From Candidatus Levyibacteriota bacterium (GTDB lineage Bacteria > Patescibacteriota > Microgenomatia > Levybacterales > UBA12049), in the NCBI GenBank assembly GCA_027334565.1, contig DAHWUP010000006.1:1-46620 (forward strand): a stretch of 46,620 bases of DNA, read 5' to 3'. Of the stretch, positions 38,864 through 46,620 are shown piece after piece. The notes under the pieces are model-generated. The model was not told where the DNA came from. It ran no database searches and worked only from the letters and a program-made list of their open reading frames with translations. Both the position numbers and the translations under genes were made by a program. Every line of letters starts with the position of its first letter. Within the stretch, counting starts at the first letter, position 1.

Positions 38864-40507
38864 TTACTCCCCGGATGAGCTTATGAGTTCGCTTTCTTTT
38901 AAGGGTTTTCCTCCTATTTTGGACATTAGTATATTGGCATATTTTAACAGCTGCTTGTTGTCGGTTGCATATTGCAGCGTTTCAAACAGTATCACGTTAT
39001 CCTGATAAAAATTCTGGCCGTAAACCCTGTTCAGGGCGTTTTCAAGACCCTGCTCGTCTTTTCCGAAGTAATAATCTGCCAATTCCGACTCGGGAATCAT
39101 TTGCGTAATTTGTGAGATTATTTTTACATACACCGGATAACCGCCGTCGATGTTGACGTTTAAGCTATTCATAATGATTTTTCTGGCAAAATATTCGGTT
39201 AAGCCCTCTTCGAACAAGGCAACTGAAAGTGTTTTGCCGCTTTGCGCACTGCTTGCGTAATGCAGATATTCATGAGTGACCGTTTCGAAATAATCGGCAA
39301 TGCCATGCAAATTGCCGGTGTTTAGAACTATCTTTATTGAATCATCCGGTACGAAAAGGCCAAGCTCCAAAGGAATATCGACCTTTAGTGAATTGTTCAG
39401 CGTGCTTTCGTCATTAAGTACATTAACATATGCCTGGTAAACCTTCAGCAGTTTGCCGTTTTTGTTAAGTTCCTGCGTATAAAAATCGACCTTATCGCTT
39501 GCCGTTTGGATTGCCTGGTCGAATTTTTGCGCTTGAGTGTCGCAGTATGTCTTGGCATTGGTATGCACAAAAACCCCCGCCTGGTTATATTGTCCCTGGG
39601 CGATACACTGAATCTCGGCCTGGTCTCTTTGCGCGTAAGCCGATTCCACCAGGGTTTTGGATGCGGTAAGGTTGAATTGGTTTTCCTGGATTGCGGCGGC
39701 AGTTGAAGCGGTTAAACTTTTCGCTAGCTCAAGCTGTTGGTTTAAGCCCTTAAACTTTTTGGCGTAATCTTCGGTTCTGAATTTGGCATATTCAGCCTCG
39801 TTCATGATCGAAACCTTGGGGTAGTGCTTGATTTGTCGATTGGGAAAATAACTTTTGACGAATAAGTAAGCGACTACTGGTGTGATTTTTTCAAGATCTG
39901 CTTTATTGATGCTTGAAATAATCAAAGTTCTGTCAATTAAAATGGTCGAGCCGATTTTTCCGGTAGGCAGGACCGTAAAAGAGGGAATGGCCGGTAGAAT
40001 ATATTCGCCATAAAAGCTGTCGGTACCGGTGGTGGCTTGGGCGATGGCTAAAAGCTCCCTATAATGGTTGTTATCCGTGGCCGTTACAATCGGTGATAAA
40101 TCGAACTGCTTTAAAGAATTGGAGATATCATTGATGTTGGTTTGGATTCCCAAAAGGGCCGGGTTTAAGTTGATTATATAAGCTAAAGTATTTAATTCCG
40201 CATACGCCAGCAGTAGAAGCAGCAAGAAAGAAAGAAAAATTCCGGTGATAAATACGAATAGGCTTTGAGTTAAGCTAATCAATAGGTGATTCTTTTTGGG
40301 CTGAAGCCGCTCGATTCTTAGAGAACGGAGCATAAAAAAAGATACGATTACGAAACCGACCAGAAACAGAAAGAAATGCTCGCCCAAAAATCCGAGTGCG
40401 TTAAGAAAATAACCGTTGAAAAGAGTGTGATCGCTTCCTTGAGGAAGATTTAAAGTAAATGCGATCAGACCGAAAACGAAGGTGATAATAAGGACAACCC
40501 GACGCAT
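38864..40507 (-). CDS. Membrane-anchored protein with coiled coil and C-terminal gluzincin-like metalloprotease motif
   Basis: Three N-terminal TMs; VTHEYLHY followed by LFEEGLTEYF and GYP. Confidence 0.7.
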   Translation of the reverse strand: MRRVVLIITFVFGLIAFTLNLPQGSDHTLFNGYFLNALGFLGEHFFLFLVGFVIVSFFMLRSLRIERLQPKKNHLLISLTQSLFVFITGIFLSFLLLLLLAYAELNTLAYIINLNPALLGIQTNINDISNSLKQFDLSPIVTATDNNHYRELLAIAQATTGTDSFYGEYILPAIPSFTVLPTGKIGSTILIDRTLIISSINKADLEKITPVVAYLFVKSYFPNRQIKHYPKVSIMNEAEYAKFRTEDYAKKFKGLNQQLELAKSLTASTAAAIQENQFNLTASKTLVESAYAQRDQAEIQCIAQGQYNQAGVFVHTNAKTYCDTQAQKFDQAIQTASDKVDFYTQELNKNGKLLKVYQAYVNVLNDESTLNNSLKVDIPLELGLFVPDDSIKIVLNTGNLHGIADYFETVTHEYLHYASSAQSGKTLSVALFEEGLTEYFARKIIMNSLNVNIDGGYPVYVKIISQITQMIPESELADYYFGKDEQGLENALNRVYGQNFYQDNVILFETLQYATDNKQLLKYANILMSKIGGKPLKESELISSSGE

Positions 40508-40521
40508 GAAGTTATTATACG

Positions 40522-42981
40522 CTATTTCTTAAGGGTTGCCTCAAGCTCCTTGAGCTTAACGGAGGTTTTTAAAACGCTATCCGGTTGAAGACTGATTGAA
40601 TCTATGTCCTCGCTGACCAAAAACTCTGCGAAGTCGGGAAAATCCGAAGGGGCCTGGCCGCAGATTCCGACCGGCATATCATGTTGATGCGCTTCCCTAA
40701 TCAGAGATTTTACCAATTTTTTGACCGCGTCATTCTTTTCGTTTCCGACGTGGGCGACGAGTTTTGAATCCCGGTCAAGACCGAGCGTTAATTGCGTCAA
40801 GTCGTTGGAGCCGATAGAAAAGCCGTCGAAGAGTTTGCTAAACTCTTCTACCAGCAAAATGTTGGCCGGAATTTCCGCCATTACCCAGACTCTTAATTGT
40901 TCGTCAATCGTATCGCTTGCCGCTACGCGTCTTGGATGTTCATGTTTTTGATGGGGAAGTCCGTTTCTGTCCATTACCTCGAGTACTTTTTGTCCCTCTT
41001 CAACGGTCCGGCAGAATGGTATCATTACTTGAAGATTCAGCATCCCCATTTCCTCCCTGACTTTTTTTACAGCCCGGCATTCCAAAGCAAATGCCTGTTC
41101 AAAGTTAGGGTCGTAGTATCTGCTTGCGCCGCGCCAGCCAAGCATCGGATTTTCTTCCTTCGGTTCAAAATCCTGACCTCCCAAAAGCGAGGCGTATTCG
41201 TTGGTTTTAAAGTCCGAAAAACGTAGGATCACTTCGTGCGGGTAAAACGCGGCGGCAATAATGCTGATCCCGTAGGCAAGCTTTTGTACATAATAATCTA
41301 GCTTATTTTCGTAACCTCCGGTCAATTCGTTGATTTGTTTTTTGACCGCCTCATCGCTTAGATCGTCAAAATGAATCAGTGCGTTCGGGTGAATTTTGAT
41401 GAAGTTTGAGATTATAAATTCTTCGCGCGCCAGACCAACACCCTTGTTGGGAATAAAAGAATAAGCAAAAACCAGATCGGGGTCGGCGACGATCATTTTG
41501 ATTTTGGTCTTCGGCGGCTTAAAGTTCTTAAGATCCGTCTTTTGGATTTCGAATTTAAGAATTCCTTCGTACACTTTTCCCGCATCACCCTCGGCGCAGG
41601 AAACGGTGATTTCTTTTCCGGTTTCAACCGCTTTGGTCGCGTCACCGCAGCCTACCACCGCCGGGATGCCGAGTTCCCTGGAAACGATAGCCGCATGCGA
41701 GGTCCTGCCGCCGGAATTAGTGACTATCGCCGAAGCTTTTTTCATGATCGGTTCCCAGTCGGGGTCGGTAATCTCTGCCACCAGAATCTCTCCTTGTTGA
41801 AATTCGTCCAGTTGGTTGGGGTCTTTGATGAATCTGGCTTTTCCCTGGCCGATTTTCGCGCCCACCGAAGCACCTTGGGTTAACACCCTGCCGCTTTCCA
41901 GCAGTTTGTATTCCTCCAAAACCGTCAGGTCTTTTCTTGCCTGAACGGTCTCCGGCCTTGCCTGGACAACGAATAATTCATTACCGTCAAAAGCCCATTC
42001 CATATCCATCGGTTTTTGATAGTGTTCTTCGATGATCATTCCCCAACGGGCAAGCTGCAATATCTGTCCGTCATTGAGTACGAATTTTTTCCTGTCACCA
42101 TCATGCACCATCACTTCTTTGGTCGGCCTACTGCCTTCGTGTGAATAGATAAGCTTTTTCTCTTTGCTGCCCAAGCGCTTATTGATAATGGCGTTTTTGC
42201 CAAGAGCCAAAGTCGGCTTAAATACCATGTATTCGTCCGGAGTGACGATTCCTTTAACGATAAACTCACCCAAACCCCAGGAACCGTTGATAAGCACCAC
42301 ATTTCTAAACCCCGACTCGGTATCAAGCGTGAACATCACCCCCGAGCAACCCTTATCGCTTCTGACCATTTTCTGCACCGCGCAGGAAAGTGCGATTTTA
42401 AAATGATCGAAATGTTCGTCGACGCGATAAGAAATGGCACGGTTGGTAAAAAGTGAAGCAAAGGCAAGTTTGATGGCATTTAAGACGTTTGCGTTACCGT
42501 GGACGTTTAGATAGGATTCCTGCTGGCCGGCAAAGGAAGCGTTGGGAAGATCTTCGGCGGTAGCCGAACTTCTGACGGCAACGTCCAATTCCGAAACATC
42601 GATGTCCAGTTTCTCGGCTAGTTTTTTATATGCGTCGATTACCGCCTTCTCAATGTCCTTCGGGAATTGGGCGGACATGATTAAGTCGCGTACCTTTTCC
42701 CCGGCTTTCTCAAGCGCGTGGATATTGGAAGTATCCAAATCCTTTAAAACTTCGCCGATTTTGTCATCTAAACCGTTTTGTTTGAGAAAATAGCGGTAGG
42801 AATAGGCGGTAACGGCAAAACCGTAGGGAACTCTGATCTGTTCATCGGGGAAGGTTTTATTTTTGGCGTTGACCAAGGTCTGGTACATTTCTCCCAAGTT
42901 CGCGTTTTTGCCGCCGACTAGGGGAACGTCCTCTTTGGTGATTTCGTCAAACCATAAGATAAACTTTTTGCTTTTATCCAT
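40522..42981 (-). CDS. ppsA: Phosphoenolpyruvate synthase
   Basis: VGGKNANLGEM, VAVRSSATAEDLP, QARPETV, GGRTSHAAIVSRELG, ENPMLGWRG, SIGSNDLTQ, GICGQAPS. Confidence 0.98.
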   Translation of the reverse strand: MDKSKKFILWFDEITKEDVPLVGGKNANLGEMYQTLVNAKNKTFPDEQIRVPYGFAVTAYSYRYFLKQNGLDDKIGEVLKDLDTSNIHALEKAGEKVRDLIMSAQFPKDIEKAVIDAYKKLAEKLDIDVSELDVAVRSSATAEDLPNASFAGQQESYLNVHGNANVLNAIKLAFASLFTNRAISYRVDEHFDHFKIALSCAVQKMVRSDKGCSGVMFTLDTESGFRNVVLINGSWGLGEFIVKGIVTPDEYMVFKPTLALGKNAIINKRLGSKEKKLIYSHEGSRPTKEVMVHDGDRKKFVLNDGQILQLARWGMIIEEHYQKPMDMEWAFDGNELFVVQARPETVQARKDLTVLEEYKLLESGRVLTQGASVGAKIGQGKARFIKDPNQLDEFQQGEILVAEITDPDWEPIMKKASAIVTNSGGRTSHAAIVSRELGIPAVVGCGDATKAVETGKEITVSCAEGDAGKVYEGILKFEIQKTDLKNFKPPKTKIKMIVADPDLVFAYSFIPNKGVGLAREEFIISNFIKIHPNALIHFDDLSDEAVKKQINELTGGYENKLDYYVQKLAYGISIIAAAFYPHEVILRFSDFKTNEYASLLGGQDFEPKEENPMLGWRGASRYYDPNFEQAFALECRAVKKVREEMGMLNLQVMIPFCRTVEEGQKVLEVMDRNGLPHQKHEHPRRVAASDTIDEQLRVWVMAEIPANILLVEEFSKLFDGFSIGSNDLTQLTLGLDRDSKLVAHVGNEKNDAVKKLVKSLIREAHQHDMPVGICGQAPSDFPDFAEFLVSEDIDSISLQPDSVLKTSVKLKELEATLKK

Positions 42982-43026
42982 AGGGCAGTGTATTAAGCAT
43001 AACAGGTGCCGTTTATATATTCAAGA

Positions 43027-46000
43027 CTAATTAACGATCCACCAGTTAAGTTTTACGCTGTTTGCTACCGGCGCGTCAAGTTTGATCGTGAACGATTTGC
43101 CGGCCTGTTTATTTTGGGTCCAGTATCTTACCGCCGGGCTGTAATCGCCGTTGAAAGTGACATAGATAAGCGACTTGTCGGTAACCGCAGTCGTATTGAT
43201 AATTACGTTGTCACTGCCTTTATTTATAGTGGAAACACCGGCGGACGCGGACAAGGTTGCCGAAGATGAGGCGTTGGCGTTGGTGACGATGTTTAGTTTT
43301 TGGGTGTTGATTTCCGTGGCCGTTAAGCTGTTTTGGATGTTGACGTTGCCGTTTTTATCGACCACTACCTTTCCTGCCAGAATATCGATTCCGCCCAAAC
43401 CCTCGTTTTGTAGTTTAAGGTCGCCGGATAAGGTATTGATGCTGGCGGTGCCGTCGTCATTAAGTCCCTTAATGGTCAATACGCCGGCGGATATGTTTCC
43501 GGTTACTCCAAGGTCTGCGAGAGTTGTTCTTCCCAAGACAAACAGCGTCGAAGAGATTGTGGCGCTGTTAATATCCATATGGTCGAGCCCAAGCTCTTGC
43601 GAGGAAGCGGCGGTAAAGGTACTGCTTACACTTGTTAACGACTGTAAGGTTTTGAGGATCGCTTCTTCCGAGGCAACCTGAGCCGAAAGACTGCCGGTTA
43701 ACGCGGCATTTTCAGCCAGTTGGGCAGAGGTTGAAGCGATTTGCGCCGACGCGGAAGCCTGTGTTTGTTCAAGATTACCGACACGAAGGTCAAGACTGGT
43801 GAGTTTGGCATTGGACGCCAAAACGCTTTGTTCAACGCCGGCGATTTGTGTATCAACCGAGGTAAGATTTTGGGCGATTGCGGTTAAAGCGTTGGTCAGC
43901 GTACCGTTGACAACCTGTCCGTTGATGTTGATTCCCTGGGGCAGCGTTACCGAGTCGCTCGATACGTTGTTCGCTATCACATTTCCGTTTAGGTCGGTAT
44001 TGGTTACCGATAACGAGTTTGTCGGGTCGGCAAATCCGACATTGACGAACACCATGATCTTTCCGTAACCTTCGAGGTCGAAATCCTGCAAGGCTTTACC
44101 GATGACTTCTCCGGGTTTGGTCGCTTTCATCGCGACACCCGGAACCGATGACGAAGTCAGGAAGTCGCCTTTATGGATCACCCCGTTTTCGCTTGAGACG
44201 TTGACCGTCACCCTTCCGGTAAGCGCTACCGGTACCGCCTGATCGCCGCCGATTTGACCGTTAAGCTCCGATAACCTGAAACCCGGATTCTTAGAATAAA
44301 CGCCGATGATTGAATTATCGTACGGCCCATTTGATTTGACGATATGCCCGTCGTTATTGGTGTCAACAGCCACTACGTCGCCGGCCTGAAGGGTAGCGTC
44401 CTTGGTCGGATAGTCTTCGGCCAAGTCGTAATTTCCGGTAGTGGTGGTGAGCGTTCCCGAGATGGTGGCGTTTCCAAGTTGGTCGAGCGAGAAAATTTGC
44501 TGATGGTTGCTGTTGGTGATGTATAAATTGCCGGATGAGGTGCCGATCGCATAATTTCCCAGCGAAACCAGTTGAGCACTAACACTACTCGTTTGTATCA
44601 TATTGCTAGTTACTGTACCGAATGTAGCATTTGCAGATAATATACTAGAGAAGGCCTGGGTATTGGTATAGACGTTACCGGAATTATCAGTCAGATAGTA
44701 GTTGCTGGTAAGAGACGGATCGGAAGGATTGATGTTGCTTCCGCTTGAGATCTGTAATTGGCCGGCATAGTTGGTCAGGATTTCGGGAGTATTGTATGTA
44801 ACGTCGACCTTAACCATTACTTTCCCGACATAAACATACGGAGCCGTATAGGTTGAAGGTACGCCTGAAACGTTTTGCGTCGGGATAGCAAAGCAAGGAT
44901 TAGACGTATTTGAACCGTTGTCATACGGCCAGCTGTTGTTAGCATCATCCAGACTTTGGACAATCGTACAATTATTGGTATCCCAAGTTCCGACGGGTTC
45001 GATTACTTTCCCGACAGTCATTCCCGGTTGTGTTTGTTTCATGCCGACACCGGTTAAGATGCTTGAGGTGATCGGGTCGCCAGGTCCGACTGCACCGTTT
45101 AGGGAGGTGACCTTTACGGGTACGCGTCCGGTAAGAGCCACTAATGCGGCGTTACTACCGGCGGGAATACCTGCTCCTCCGATGATTTGGTTGGGACTGG
45201 TAGAGACGATTCCCATTAAGGTAGCGTCATTTGTCTGGGTTGATCTCATCACTCCGTTAGTAAGCGATGGGTCGGAAGTGAGCAAATCTCCCGGTTGGAG
45301 ACCGGTTTGGCTGGTCGGGTAGACTTCCGCAATATCCGAAGTGGTAACTTCCTGTAAGATTATATCCTGGCGGACAATGGTTGTGTTCGAAAGACTATAG
45401 CCGTTATCCGAACAGGTAGTATATTTAACGGTAGAGGCTCCTGCTCCCGGCGAATGAACATACGACCAGGAAATCACACCACTGACCCCCGAAGTAGATT
45501 CGGTGCCTACGGCGCTACCCAGCTCGTAATTGGTGGATGTGGTCGAATTGCAGGTAGGCGTATTCCCTTGGGTATTGGCCCAGATCTGTAAAGACATCTG
45601 TTTATTGGTACCGCTGGTGACACTGAAGTATACGGTACCCTGGATTAAAACAGAGTCTGTCGAGTTGACCAGCGTTACGGAAGGCGTGGCAGGCTGACTT
45701 CCTAACCACTGCCAATAATTTATCCCCAAGGTAGATGTAGCCGTTACACTGCCAAGGTCGGTGCTTGCGTTGATTGTTCTTGCGTTTGCGTCGCATTCGA
45801 AGCGCTTGGTCGTGCCGTTATAAACCAGTTTATAATTGGTATTCGTGCAGTCCGTAAGCCCTGCGCCGTCCACACCGTATACCGTGTCAAGATGAAGTGT
45901 TCCTGAGACGGTAGCGCCGTAAGTGGGATTGCCGATTTGAAGGGTACCGTTTGGATTCTGGATGCCGTTGGCATAAATATTGCCGCTATTATCGACTCTG

Positions 46001-46620
46001 AATTTGGTGGTTCCAGAGTAGGAAGCAGCGATCAAATCTCCGTTATTCAGTTGATTTAAGGTTAAAAGACTGTTTGCCCCATACCCCCCGGCAACGGTCA
46101 GAACAGATGTCGGGGTCAATCCGTTGGGTACGACACCGATACCGGTTAGGCCGCTATTTAAGGTGACAAAGTTCTGTTGGGTCTGTCCTGCGGATGCTCC
46201 TGCAAGTCTGGTAAAGATCCCTACATTCCCTGCTTGTGCCAGAACGGTTGCTCCTGAGCCTGCGGTATATTCACCGGTCCACTGGGTACCGTTATAGAAC
46301 ATATTGTCCGACAGATAAGCGGTATTACCTAAGAACCCTAATCTTCCGTAAGCTCCGTTTGCATCCGCTGCTCCCAGCACACTGGTGGTTGAGCCTGCGC
46401 CCGCTATTACGGTGAACCTTGGAGCACCGGATGAGGAGGCGGTGAAGAGGGCGCCTGAGCCGGAGTTATTGATTGCTAATGCCGCATAAGAGCTGTTGGC
46501 CGAAACCGCCGCCGCCGGATTTATACCGGCATTTATACTGCCGTAAGCGTGGAATCCTGCGGATGCAGTTGAGTTGCCTCCGACAAGAAGATCGGCTGTC
46601 GGGAAAATAGGAGAGATGGC
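43027..46620 (-). CDS. C-terminal part of a giant G/S/T/N-rich surface fibre protein with two peptidase-G2-like autocleavage chaperone domains; 5' end off window
   Basis: Frame is open from 46620 (AISPIFPTADLLVGG...) into the 46380 ORF. Repeated GxL(F/I)xASxSGxx(R/K)FxV module, DIAEVYPT... and DLAEDYPT... domains, coiled coil. Confidence 0.8.
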   Translation of the reverse strand, partial: AISPIFPTADLLVGGNSTASAGFHAYGSINAGINPAAAVSANSSYAALAINNSGSGALFTASSSGAPRFTVIAGAGSTTSVLGAADANGAYGRLGFLGNTAYLSDNMFYNGTQWTGEYTAGSGATVLAQAGNVGIFTRLAGASAGQTQQNFVTLNSGLTGIGVVPNGLTPTSVLTVAGGYGANSLLTLNQLNNGDLIAASYSGTTKFRVDNSGNIYANGIQNPNGTLQIGNPTYGATVSGTLHLDTVYGVDGAGLTDCTNTNYKLVYNGTTKRFECDANARTINASTDLGSVTATSTLGINYWQWLGSQPATPSVTLVNSTDSVLIQGTVYFSVTSGTNKQMSLQIWANTQGNTPTCNSTTSTNYELGSAVGTESTSGVSGVISWSYVHSPGAGASTVKYTTCSDNGYSLSNTTIVRQDIILQEVTTSDIAEVYPTSQTGLQPGDLLTSDPSLTNGVMRSTQTNDATLMGIVSTSPNQIIGGAGIPAGSNAALVALTGRVPVKVTSLNGAVGPGDPITSSILTGVGMKQTQPGMTVGKVIEPVGTWDTNNCTIVQSLDDANNSWPYDNGSNTSNPCFAIPTQNVSGVPSTYTAPYVYVGKVMVKVDVTYNTPEILTNYAGQLQISSGSNINPSDPSLTSNYYLTDNSGNVYTNTQAFSSILSANATFGTVTSNMIQTSSVSAQLVSLGNYAIGTSSGNLYITNSNHQQIFSLDQLGNATISGTLTTTTGNYDLAEDYPTKDATLQAGDVVAVDTNNDGHIVKSNGPYDNSIIGVYSKNPGFRLSELNGQIGGDQAVPVALTGRVTVNVSSENGVIHKGDFLTSSSVPGVAMKATKPGEVIGKALQDFDLEGYGKIMVFVNVGFADPTNSLSVTNTDLNGNVIANNVSSDSVTLPQGININGQVVNGTLTNALTAIAQNLTSVDTQIAGVEQSVLASNAKLTSLDLRVGNLEQTQASASAQIASTSAQLAENAALTGSLSAQVASEEAILKTLQSLTSVSSTFTAASSQELGLDHMDINSATISSTLFVLGRTTLADLGVTGNISAGVLTIKGLNDDGTASINTLSGDLKLQNEGLGGIDILAGKVVVDKNGNVNIQNSLTATEINTQKLNIVTNANASSSATLSASAGVSTINKGSDNVIINTTAVTDKSLIYVTFNGDYSPAVRYWTQNKQAGKSFTIKLDAPVANSVKLNWWIVN

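Overview
Origin-of-replication region of a reduced, genetic-code-11 bacterial genome. Gene content and style (dnaN-dnaA-rpmH-rnpA-yidD-yidC-jag, short ValS, DUF4012-like protein, giant surface fibre protein, no evident Shine-Dalgarno sites) suggest Patescibacteria/CPR, probably Microgenomates; this is inference. The housekeeping core (oriC with DnaA boxes and DnaA-trios, ruvCAB, purAB, dnaG-rpoD, ppsA) surrounds an accessory region behind tRNA-Asn. The most striking signal is a tandem array of integrase-less gene cassettes stacked behind tRNA-Asn. Each of the first three ends in a copy of the tRNA 3' end (G[C/G]GGAGCA) preceded by an antisense, in-register peptide that looks like the C-terminal tail of a recombinase split by its own att site. 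Other points: pervasive leaderless promoters, an 11-bp-phased operator beside an NTPase-like winged-helix regulator, a decayed comM abutted by purAB, an FMN-flavinylation electron-transfer module, an IS1595-derived HTH gene, and a fibre protein with two autocleavage-chaperone-like domains.
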